The position numbers and the translations under genes are program-made. From assembly GCA_973895155.1 (NCBI GenBank), contig OZ316891.1, forward strand, positions 2,533,324-2,597,323: a DNA stretch of 64,000 bases, read 5' to 3'. The stretch is from Marsupella aquatica. Lineage: Eukaryota > Plantae > Marchantiophyta. Shown here in pieces: positions 38,376-49,998 of this stretch. The stretch's first letter is position 1; every line of letters starts with the position of its first letter. The notes beneath the pieces were generated by a model. It was not told the DNA's origin. It did no database searches and saw nothing but the letters and a program-made list of their open reading frames with translations.

Positions 38376-40461
38376 CCGGCAGAGATTCACACATTACATG
38401 GAGGAGTGCCCAAAAATTCAATAAAGGCTATACGTCGTATCGACGCAGAAAAATGTGGGGTTTCTGGCCAAGTCTACTGTATATTCACGAAATTGCGTAG
38501 GGCATTGAAACAGAACGTGATACAGTACTATTTGTGCCGAAGAATGCACCTTTGGTGAGTACGGTACAGGCAAACAGATCCTCTCTTCAGATTCAGTTTC
38601 CTGTATTTCGCAAAGTAGGATCAGCGCAGTTTCTCAGGTTACTTCAGAACGCCCTACCACATCGTGACAATTACAGTGGAAGCTTTAAGTAGGACTCTGC
38701 AATTTAATACACATTGATCCAATACGTATCCGATCCGACAGAATTTTGCTTGTTATGAGCTTTCTCGAGCATGTAAACGTACTGCAATTAATTTGAAACT
38801 GTCACCGTGACTATGGTGACAGAAACAACTAAAGTGCTTCCTCAAATCACTTCGGAAAGTCCATCCAAATGTCTGTATCTGATCTGCCAGCCATTTGGCC
38901 TCACAGTCAAGACGGAAATCAGAATCTATGTGGACTGTTTGCTGAAGTATCTCATTGCTATCTCATTGCTCGTTTCGCATCTCTTAAATCCAGCAAGAAT
39001 GTGATACCTCTGTATCGTGGCCAAGAACTGAGGACGCGAGATCATAGAAGGGTTCAATCACTGGCTAAAGTCTTGGCTTCATATAAGAATGGCCCTGGGT
39101 ATGGGATACTGTGTCGTCTCTTAGTAGAAAGGCTTCACATTCTAATTTAAACCCTTTGGGAGGAATGCACTCGCCAATTAGAAAGCTCATTGAAAAGCGT
39201 TTCCATTTCGGATGATAAAGGGAGCTCTATGACCATACGTTTACAATGAAACCCTTTGCTCACAGGACATCAAGACAGATCCTCTACTTCCTTCAATACA
39301 AGACAGTGACAAGATGCCCACCGTTACTTTCAAGCTAGTAGTACAATATGGACAAAAGGTTGAGTGTTTGCGTCAGGTCTTCATTCCTTACATAGAGTTG
39401 AGAACTTGTTCTGAGACTTTGTACGCAAGCCATCAGCCATGAATGATTCTCCATCCTCGACGTTCGACAAGGTAAGAATTCAGGGTTACTCCTTCCTAGT
39501 TCCCGTCATTAACTCATCAGATTACAAGGAGAATTACATGTCGCGCAAAAAAGTCAATTGGGTAACAGGACAACACAGCTGCAGTGACAACTCTAACAGG
39601 AGCTGCACAAGTTCGAGGTAGAGACTACCCAGAGAACGCTGAAAACTCTGACTCAATGATTATGAGCTTCTGCTGATGCTGATGGGGAGAAAGAAAAAAC
39701 TGAAGTGGAAGATACTAAAGGAAACTATCCAGCACCAACAAATCGATCTCAGTATAGAAGTTGTTCGAAGCTGGGCAAAATTGAAATCCATTTCAGATTT
39801 CGGTTCTGAGATGTCTACTAATCCAAAAAAGACCAGATTTGACGTAACCTTGTCCAATAACTGTTTGTTCAACTTGGTTTCATCAGACTCCTCCTGATAT
39901 CCATGTTTGTCATCATATTAAAAAACTTCACAAGGCACTCGATATTTGAAGCTTCCTGTTTATGACTCCACCCAAAGTTTGTCGGTACGATCCGTTATTT
40001 CAAAGCAATGTGTTCTACATTCTCAGAAGTTGACAAATTCCACACCACCGTAGAAATGACATCTTGATCACAGGTGGACACATACTATGCTATATGGAGA
40101 CACATACCACAAAATGGACAGTTTGAACTTCCCCTTTGACAACAATACCGTTTCCTTGACTCATTAAACTGTCTCAGCCTGTAAAGACGTGCCGGGGTTT
40201 GAGTGCAAACCAGTACTAAAATTTTAATGATATTTTGATCCCATCCCTAACGAGATTTTACAGAAGGGTTGCTAGTCTGGAAGACAAGCATCAATTCCCC
40301 ATTGAAGCATGCGCGGGACCTTGTGAAGAGCAGAGAAGTCGCTGTACAGTAGAAGAGCCCTTGGAAGCTCATCAGGAAAAAAACAAAATAAAGTTACAAA
40401 TATCTACCCGTTGACACCTAGTTTAGAAACTCTGGTCTTGACAAGTCTCTCAATAGTGTTC

Positions 40462-42927
40462 TCAGAAATGTCGTCTTCGAGGTCTTTTGCTTAGCTCAGC
40501 ATACTTGCCACCCATCAGGAGCAAGATTTCTTCCCACAAACCTGCAGCTGAATGACCTGTGATAAGATCGGTACTACATGCTGCTACAAACCACAAACCT
40601 GCGTCAATCTCCTTCTTGAGCTGTTCCACACCCCAGCCAGAGTAGCCAAAAAAGAATCTGTAATCTAACAAATGATCTCCTTTCATTATCTCCTCCAATC
40701 CATTGGCCGCTCCATAATATACTCCTGGAATCACTTCTCTGTATCCCTTCACTCCCGGAGTCCCATGAAGCAAAAGAAACATGTCCTCATCCAATGGACC
40801 GCCATGATGTACCTGCCAGCATTCATTCCAATTTTTCGTTGAAAACTTGCATGACAGCATCCAATACCATCATCCAGATGAATCCAATTAGAAGTATTTA
40901 CAGCTTTGATAAACTCAAATCACCAAGCATGATCTTAAAAGCTCAGAAAGTCTGGAAGGCGAGTATCTTTCTTTTAAATTAGGAATCATAACCCAGAAAG
41001 AGTACAAATAGTCACACGAGTAGTTGAAAATTAAGATCTGCAAGGAACAGGAAAATACTGCAATGTACATCCATAGGGTATCTGACGAGGAACGAGGATT
41101 CTTTTTCCATACCTGACAATGGCCAAAAAATTTCACAAGAGTGCGATCTTTGGGCCTAATGTCCTTGATGCGACAAGAGAGCGGCCTGTTCAAAATGAGA
41201 CCATAAGGTCCCTCGCGTGGATTACTTGCGCCTGGGCTCAGAAGCAAAATCACCGATCTCTCAAAACTCTGTTGCCCATCAATCTTATCCGTGGCAATAA
41301 GAACACAACCGGCTTCAGGTGCTGGAATAGGATGTGCCCACCTTGTACCCACAGGCAAGCTGCCAGTTTCTTCTTCTTCAGTGGATTTACCAGTTTCATC
41401 ATTTGGCGAGATCCCCTCAATCTTCACAAGCCTGGCTCGAAATGCACGCCAATCAACCTCAAGTGGATCCGACTCACCAGATGATACTATTGGTGAATCT
41501 GGAGATGCTTGCTCCGAGGCAGGCTCTGGATTTTCCTCCTCAGGTACTGGCTGTCCTGTGCCACTCTGTCCTACTGCTCCACACAACTGAGGTAGACCAC
41601 CTGCGAGAGCACAGACCTTAGCAATGGCCTCTCAGGATATCATGTCTAAGTTCAAAGTGTATATTGTTCTACCGATAAAATAACTAGCAAATCTTGAAAC
41701 GTCCTTGATCTACTTCACAACGTACTGTATAAATAAAGAAATAAAGCTACCACTGGCGGAACAATATTCCTCGACCATTTGCCGTCAAAGGACCTAAAAC
41801 ATTTGCTGTCATAACCTCGGGTACAGCAACAAATCCGACTGTCAACCGGGAGGTTAACGCTACTACTCTAGAACCAGTCTTGCAAATATGCACACGAGCA
41901 CAGACGAAAGGTCCTGCCCACTGATGTTGAATCAACTAGTGGAGGCTGAGAGATTAGGTAAGAGACTAAAACATATAATGTAAATTATTTAAAGCAAACG
42001 AGTCAGATTCTCCTTTTCGACACCCACCATTTCCACCCTGCCCCTTTTTTCCCAATCAGAAGCTATAGCTGGGTCACAATTTACAGACTGAACGGCTAAA
42101 CAGTCAGACTGACTTCAAATGATGAGGAGGCTCTCTTAACGTACATAGTTCCAAGTGAAAGAGATTTTCACGATTCTCAACAGAAGTGGGCAACTAGAAA
42201 GTCATACGTTCTAGGTGAGATATCGAAGCCATCGATGTCCAATCACAAACGTAGATCGATAGATGCAAAATGGAAGCTAAATAGCTAACTATTGAGAACT
42301 GACGCGCTGACGAGACAGATTCGTGCAATATACTGGAAACTAGAAACGGAGGTGATTCGCTGTGAGAGTAATTGCTCATGATGCTTCGTTAGCCTCGTAT
42401 CGCACATTGTTTTAGCGACAGACAGGTTAAACCAGACGGCAGTACTCACCCCGCGACCTTGCGTTCCCGGTTCGTCGCAAAGAAAACACGCTTAGGGGAA
42501 GCTGACAGTCTTGCTCAGCAGCAAGCCCGTTGCCAACTTCAAATCCACGTGCTAAAGTCGCCGTTCTGTAATTTTGGCGTTTATGCTTCAATTGGGCAGG
42601 AAACGTCCGAATTGTGGTTAGATTTTTGGAGACCCTATCAGAGAAAATTGTCCCAACAGTAGCGGACGAGGAGGAGAAATTGAAGGTGCCCATTCTTGGG
42701 CCGTGCTGGACGAAGCTTGTGAGGCAGCTGCTGTGTTGGGATGGGGAAGATGGCGACGGATTGGAGAACTTCTTGCTGAGAGGAGAGGAAAGGGCAGAAG
42801 ACGGCTGCGTGGCACATCCATTTCTAAAACGGAGGTGATTTGTGATGGCCTGGTTGTGGTGAATTGAGCTTCCAGATGCCGCAGCGGAATGCGAGACTCG
42901 TTCCAGTAGACATGCCCCCGCCTCCAT
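40462..42927 (-). CDS. DUF179 (UPF0301/AlgH-like) protein with a probable plastid transit peptide; exons 42927-42450, 41600-41113, 40812-40462, about 438 aa
   Basis: DWRAFRARLV, WAHPIPAPEAGCVLIAT, FERSVILLL, GPYGLILNRP, HHGGPL, YRFFFGYSGWGVEQLKKEIDAGLW; Ser-rich N-terminus; GT-AG introns preserve frame. Confidence 0.85.
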
Positions 42928-43659
42928 GGAAAAGATGTTCAATAAAGAAAACCCCAAGCAGGACAGGACTGGACAGGTCCGGGCAAGAAAAAAGGCGGGG
43001 ACGGACTCCCCGCACAAGAGAGAGATTCTCAAAGCCTTCGGACAGAAGATCGTGCTTTATCGGTATGATGATTTACCACCAGAATTTACTGAGACCACCC
43101 GTGCTTCCAACAAATTCAGCGCTTCTATTCGTGCTACAATGCGACACAAAACATTCCTCCGTCTCTCCCTCCCTCCTCAGCGAAACGATTGGAAGATGGA
43201 TCCTCGCCGCCAGCCTCACTCGGGTCTGGCTCTCTCACATGTTGCCACCACGGTTTCCCCTTGTACGTCCTGATTCAACCAGCCCGCACCAATCGTGATC
43301 TACTGCCGTCCTCTCGAATATATTCGCTGACCTGCCCTCTGCCCTTTACTTGATACCTGCGTGCTCCTCAACAACAACAACAACAACAGAGCATCGATCT
43401 TTCTCCACTCCTCCTCCTCCTCCTCTCACTCCGTCCCTCTCGGTCATCAATTTCCATAAACTTTATCACCCGATGCCAAAGACTTGCACACACCTCGGAA
43501 TCCACGATCTCCTGTCCCACGAGAGCAAATTATCAATCCGTACCTTAGCAACTTCTCTCTCCTCGTCTTCCTCGGCCGTCTCTCCTCTCCCTCTCCTGCT
43601 GCTCCGAGAAAATACAACCCACTTTGCTAATGAGGGGCCCACAAAGAGAACAGAATCGA

Positions 43660-43915
43660 AACGAAAGAATCCTCTCCTCTCCTCTCCTCTCCTCTCCACC
43701 AAAGTACAAATCCAAGAAACAGAAACGATGAGAGAGAGAGAAAGAGAGAAAGAGAGAGAGGATCAAAGAAAATATGCTCTCCTCCCCTCTCCTCCGAGTC
43801 ACCAAAAAGCAATCCACAAAGTACAAATACAAGCAACAGAAAAGAGTCGAGACAGAGAGGAGCAAAGAAGGATCTCCTCTCCTCTCCTCTCCTCTCCTCT
43901 CCTCTCCTCTCTAGT
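43660..43915. repeat. (CCTCT)n/(GA)n-rich low-complexity tract upstream of the DUF179 gene
   Basis: Runs of cctct and gaga with a duplicated caaagtacaaat unit. Confidence 0.75.
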
Positions 43916-45123
43916 AAGTTATCTGCATGCCTGCCGTCCCCACCCCTTATCCCACCCAACCCAACTGAACTGTTCTTTGGATCAGTTTTCCGTCCCCTAC
44001 TCTACTCGTGTCAATCAATTAGTCAAGCCATCCGAATCCTGGCCGGGTTGACAGCAAAATTCTCGACAGAATGCCGATTTCAGTACCTTCGTGCAATTGG
44101 ACTCGCACAGGGCAAAGCAAGAGACGAACCCCATCGCCTGTCGACAGTCGTCTGCTCGGCACGGAATTCCTAAAGTAGCGGCTGACTGAAAATCACAACA
44201 GTACGCTGAACTGCAACACTGAGAAGTGTAATCCATCTATAAGTGCAACTTACAGTGTTATGCCAATTAGCCCATTTTTGTGCAATTCTTAGTGGGAATA
44301 ATAATCTCCTTCCCATGAACAAGTTTTGCTTCATGGCATAGATTAGGGATGAGGTTTCCAGGAACCAAAAGCCCGGATGGACCTAGACATTGTCCCTGCC
44401 CATCCCAGGGACTGCGGAAAGTGATTGTTGCTTTTGCACCAAAAACAAAAAGGAACTGGTCACGAATTGCAGCTGACAACTTTGACTACCTTCGGGAGAT
44501 AGTAGTCTTCCAGGGAAGCTCATCCATTGTTGCCCATTTCTGTCCAATTCATTAGTGGGAATAATAAACTCCTTACCATGAACAAGTTTTGTTTGATTGC
44601 ATAGGTTAGGGAAACTCATTTATTTTTGCCCAGAGATTGTGGACATTCAATGTTACCTGTTCTCACAAGTAGCCTGCCTGGCATTTAGATGAAGACATGA
44701 GGATGTATGTTTTCACTTTTTGAATGTCACTTATGGTGCACCAATCCACATTATTGCAGTTAGTTTGCTTAACCTTTGTTGTGCAGCAAGTTTAGCTTAA
44801 CTGTAGCAATCTGCATTGCCACAAGGGACACTCTGAGTTTATATTCCATAACTCAACTTTTGCACAAACCCTCATCTGAAAGTGGGGTTCACCAAAGCCC
44901 TTTGAACACAAAAGACTTGACATTTGGACAAATTGGAGGACTCTCTCTCTAATCGCCTAAATAGGAAAGAGCAAGTTGGGAGCATCTATGAAGGTATTGC
45001 GATGAACATCTTCTTTTTCTGTCTTGTAGTGATATGTAATTCATTAAATTATTTTATGATAAAAGAAATAGGTACATGTAAAGTATATGCCAATGAATTC
45101 ATATATGTTAATTAAGAGTGAGT

Positions 45124-45466
45124 TGTTGAGCATAGACGACATTCATAATAGCAAGCCCATGAACCATCCAACGCACAATAGTTGACACAGAGAGATACGT
45201 GGTTCACCTCCACATGAGGCTACGTCCACGGGAACACACAAGAGCTTTACTGCACTCTAGGCCGACCGGCCATACCAAGCATCCATAGCACAAGCTATCC
45301 TATCTCTCAACTAGCTCTGTAACAATGAGCCTAAGTTCCATCAGGATCTGGCATCAGCCCCGGCTATATGCACAACAGCACTACCGCTAACATTAGCTAA
45401 GTCCTAACCCGAGTTAGACTAACTGTGGTTAGCTCATGAGTCACAAGACTAGAGCAATATCTAACA
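45124..45466 (-). repeat. 3' LTR (343 bp) of the copia element
   Basis: TGTTGAG...CTAACA; 45245-45466 matches 49052-49273 with about 5 mismatches counted by eye. Confidence 0.9.
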
Positions 45467-47721
45467 AACTCCCCTTTGACTCTTGTCTTGGGGACTGGAC
45501 TAAATGCTACCATATGGATTCCTCAGCGGGAAGTTCTAGACAATCACCAAACCAGGTCTCCCCCTAAAAACCACAAGGGTTAACTAAGGGTTAACTAGAA
45601 CTAAGCCGTAGCCAAACAGAAATGAGTAATCCATATACAAATAGTCACACATTGCTAAATAACTCTACTTGCACTACAACTGCAAAACCTGCAAAGTAGC
45701 ACGGTGTCTTGAGAAACTCTCCAAAGGAATCACTTTGGTAAAAGCATCAGCAGGATTGAGCTTTCCATCAATCTTGACTAGCTCAAAAGTTTTATCAGAC
45801 ACTGCTTGTCTGATAAAATGGTACCTGATATCAATGTGCTTCACCCTGCTATCCATCATCTGGTTAGTAGCCAAGTGAAGAGCACTTTGACTATCACAGT
45901 TTAGAGTCATTTTGCCATGCTCTAAACCCATCTCTGCAATCAACTTATCCAACCAAATTGCTTCCTTTGCTGCTTCTGCTGCTGCAACATACTCTACTTC
46001 TGTAGTAGACTAAGATATGCACTTCTGCAAGGTAGATTTCCAACTGATACATCCTCCTCCAAGAGTGTATACAAACCCAATTGTAGACCTCCTTGTATCC
46101 AGACAGCCTCCATAGTCAGAATCTACATAGCCAACTAACGTTCTATCTGATCTGTTATCAAATAGTAATCCATAGTCCTGTGTTCCCTTCACATACCTGA
46201 GAATCCATTTCACAGCTTCCTAGTGTACCTTTCCTGGATTTGACATGAATCTGCTAACCTTGCCCATCGCTAGGGCTAAGTCAGGCCTAGTACAAGTCAT
46301 CAAATACATCAGACTGCCTACTGCCTTTTCATAAGGAATCTTAGCCATCAGACCTTTCTCCACAGCATCCGTAGGAGAGAAAGCCGATGATAACTTGAAG
46401 TGTAAAGCTAAAAGAATACTCACTGGCTTACAGTCCTCCATGTTGAATCGTGCAAGTACTTTCCTCGCATACTGGCCTTGACTCAAGCACAACTGTCCAA
46501 TATCAGAGTTCCTAAAAATCTCCATCCCTAAGATCCTTTTGGCTTTACCAAGATCCTTCATCCTAAATTCAGCACTCAATTTTGCCTTGAGACTGTCAAC
46601 CTCAGATTGATCTTTAGCCACAATCAGCATGTCATCCACATAGATCACCAGAATGATGAAACCAAATACATTATTCTTGACTGATTTCGTATACACACAA
46701 GGATCATACACCATCCTTGTAAAACCTTGAGCAAACATGAAATCATCAAACCGTTTGTTCCACTGTCTGGGAGACTACTTCAATCCATACAAGGACTTGA
46801 GCAATCTGCAAACTAAATTCTCTTGGCCCTTCTTCATAAAGCCTAGTGGCTGTCTCATGAAGATCAACTCTTCCAAGTTGCCATAGAGAAAAACAGTAAC
46901 AACATCCATCTGATCCATCACCAGACCAAAAAACACAACAAGTTGACACAAGATCCGAATAGTGGAATACTTAGTCACCGGTGAAAAGACCTCATTGTAG
47001 TCCACTCCTTTCTCCTGAGTGAACCCCTTGGCAACAAGCCTTGCCTTGTAGATCTTATCTCCACCCTCTGAAGGACTGTCCTTCAACTTGTAAATCCACT
47101 TGCTGTCCACCACTTGCTGACCGCTTGGAAGCTCCACCAGCTCCCATGTCTTGTTGTCACTCAAAGATTGCAACTCCCTCTTCATTGCTGCATTCCACTC
47201 ATGCTTCTGCTTTGAAGCACAAGCCTCATTGTACTGTAATGCTATACATTAGTTAGAAATGATGGAAATTTATAAATTTTAAACTTTTTCTAACTCAAAG
47301 GTGCAATCTAGTTACCTTTTGTAGCAATTTAGATCAACTGAACACTTTACTTAATGTTATGCTTCATCGGAGGCTATTGCCTCTATTGGACAAGGATCGA
47401 CAATATAAATCCTTGCTCTTTACATACTACCAAGAAAGAAGACTGGACATCATTGGAGAAGCAATGCAGACTAGAAGATTCAAAAATTGGTCTCCAAAAC
47501 ACTTCTTCAGCAAGAATGAGCTCTGTGTACAATTATCACGATCAATCAATCTTTGCTATTTTAATTAAATAGCTATCATGGTCATAAAAGTCTCATACTT
47601 TTTCAGGAGTTAGTAATTACATAGTAGAATCATCCCTGAAAGTTTCATCTCAAACCAACATGTGGTTTGAAAGTTAAAATTATTTTAGTTTAACTATTTT
47701 TTGCATAGTCGCGACTTCGCC

Positions 47722-48296
47722 GACGCTTTGAGAAGCGTCCCTTGTATTTTTGGACGCTTTCTGAAGCGTCCACCCAAGACCATGACGCTTTTTGAAGCGT
47801 CCGCCACCCAACCAACTGTTCTCCGATGCTCTGCAATCCACCGACACCGCGACGCTTTCTGAAGCGTCCACATGAGGAGCGACGTTTTCTGAGGCGTCCG
47901 CTACCCCAAAGGCGATATCGACACTGCGACGCCCACGGAGTCATCCCGCCCGAAGACCAGAAGTCGGACGCTACGACTAAAACCTCAAAATCCAGCCGGC
48001 GCTTTCTGAAGCGTCCACTATGTTCCCGACACTTAGAAAAGTTTTCAGTTTTTGCACTTTTATAACACCGCGCCACTTTTCCCGATTTATTTGAGGCACT
48101 TAGAGATCTCAAAAAAGTATGAAACTTTGTCATCATAGAGATTATATGTAGTAGAGTACCCTAGAAAAGTTTCTTTTCATTCCAACTCTTAGTTTAGAAG
48201 TTAAAATTAGATTAAGATCACTGTTTATTAGTTTTACCGAAAAACATCGACGCTTTGAGAAGCGTCCCTTACATTTTTGACACTTTCAGTAGTGTC
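47722..48296. repeat. Array of 18-bp hairpin repeats GACGCTT-N4-AAGCGTC inside a foreign insert in the copia element
   Basis: Copies at 47722, 47753, 47784, 47851, 47881, 47998, 48249 and a variant at 48279. Confidence 0.85.
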
Positions 48297-49051
48297 CATT
48301 CACTTTTCAAGGATGACCGTCATTAAGTTTATTCAAGACCCTTTAGATATGAAAGGGCTCACAAAATTCCAACTTACAAGATTGCAAATTAGAAAGTAAT
48401 CCTTTCTTCTGAAGAATAACCAAACTTTTTTCACTCATGTGGCCCAAACGGAAGTGCCACAGCCGGACCGTCTCCTCATGAGATAAGGTTACATTGGCTT
48501 CATCACAGACTACATTGCCCTCCAAAACGTATAGATTGCTATGTCTCTTTCCCTTCAATACAACTTTAGTACCAGTTGAAACCTGAAGGATACCATTAGC
48601 AGAACTCCACTGATGGCCATTTGCTTCTAAAACTCCAAGTGAAATGAGATTTTTTATCATGCTGGGAATATGTCTCACATTCCTCAACGTTCTCACAGCA
48701 CCATCAAACATCTGAAATCTTACAAATCCAAGTCCAACAACTTGACATGGGATTCCATTTCCCATCAACACTGACCCATTGGAAACCGTGTAAGAATTGA
48801 AAAAATCTCTTCTAGAGCAAATGTGAAAAGTACATGCACTATCTAGAATTCAGTCATCACTACCTGGATTTGACACTACGTTGAGAGCATAACCTTGGCA
48901 TCATAATATGTCATCATCATCGAGTAAATCTACCTCATGCGAGCTCGATGCCGCATTAGCAGATGCAGTAGGGACCTTTACCTGACAATCCCTTTTCATG
49001 TGGCCAGGCTTGCCACAATTCCAACATGCAAGAGGCTTCCTCTCTAGAGAA

Positions 49052-49273
49052 CTTTACTGCACTCTAGGCCGACCGGCCATACCAAGCATCCACAACACAA
49101 GCTCTCCTATCTCTCAACTAGCTCCGTAACAATGAGCCTAAGTTCCATCAGGGTCTGGCATCAGCCCCGGCTATATGCACAACAGCACTACCGCTAACAT
49201 TAGCTAAGTCCTAACCCGAGTTAGACTAACTGTGGTTAGCTCATGAGTCACAAGACTAGAGCAATATCTAACA
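49052..49273 (-). repeat. Truncated 5' LTR (222 bp) of the copia element
   Basis: Homology to the other LTR stops at 49052, immediately next to gag zinc-knuckle sequence; PBS and most of gag are missing. Confidence 0.85.
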
Positions 49274-49742
49274 TGAGTGACATAACACCCAAAACAATAG
49301 GTACACATGCAAACAAACACACATTATGACCAAGAAAGGACAAAGGTACTAAAGAGTTGTGCATATACAATACAATTTTCACTTGCTTTTAGGTAATGAC
49401 AATTAACTCAATTAAAACCATAAAGTTTTTAAAGAAAACACGAGGGGAACTTAGTATACAAGATGTGCACATTGTTCAAATTCATTTCCTCACTCCCATG
49501 AGAAAAAAGAGAATTTACTAAGGAGTGATTCAAAATGAAAGATTAAACATTTATGAGGGGAGCCAAATACATTCAAAATACTTTAAGTTCACTAGAATTA
49601 AAAGGGGTCCAAAAGGTAATTCAAAATCAAAAATCAACTTAATACAAATGATTCACCTTGTTAAGGCACATTAAAATCAAAATACTGAACACAAAAAATC
49701 TCAATAAGACAAAATATGAAAGGTGTATTCACTGTTCATCCT

Positions 49743-49998
49743 AGAACATGTATTTTTTTTTGTCTTGGAGTGATATGTAATTCATTTTATGATAAAAGAA
49801 GTAGGTACATGTAAAGTATATACCAATAATTAATATCTAATTAAGAATGAATGACATAACACACAAAACCATAAATACACATGTAAACAAAAACATTTTA
49901 TGACCAAGAAAGTAGGAAGGTACTAAAGAGTTGTGCACATACACTACAAATTTTCACATGCTTCTAGATAATGACAATCAATTCAATTAAAACCATAA
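49743..49998. repeat. Paralogous copy of the copia pre-insertion site
   Basis: Matches about 45003-45123 joined to about 49279-49425. Confidence 0.8.

Larger units (their letters stand above)
45124..49273 (-). mobile_element. Decayed Ty1/copia LTR retrotransposon
   Basis: TG...CA termini, TSD TGAGT (45119-45123, 49274-49278) and a polypurine tract next to the 3' LTR (45467-45476). Minus-strand remnants: zinc knuckle CWNCGKPGHMKRDC (about 48985-49030), protease with W-to-stop (D*ILDSACTFH), GAG-pre-integrase LWHFRLGHMS, RT (YKARLVAKGFTQ, QMDV, YVDDML) and RNase H (KHIDIRYHFIR). Several premature stops. Confidence 0.93.

Noticed and set aside
43350-44051. 233-aa ORF upstream of the DUF179 gene
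   Set aside because: The translation is dominated by microsatellite-derived low complexity (SSPLL, ERERE) with no domain.
47690-48136. 148-aa Arg-rich ORF inside the copia insert
   Set aside because: A by-product of the hairpin repeats (GRFRKRR units); not integrase-like.
47722-48296. CRISPR-like array of palindromic repeats
   Set aside because: Repeats are only 18 bp with spacers of about 12 bp or irregular length, there are no cas genes, and the context is a plant nuclear retrotransposon.
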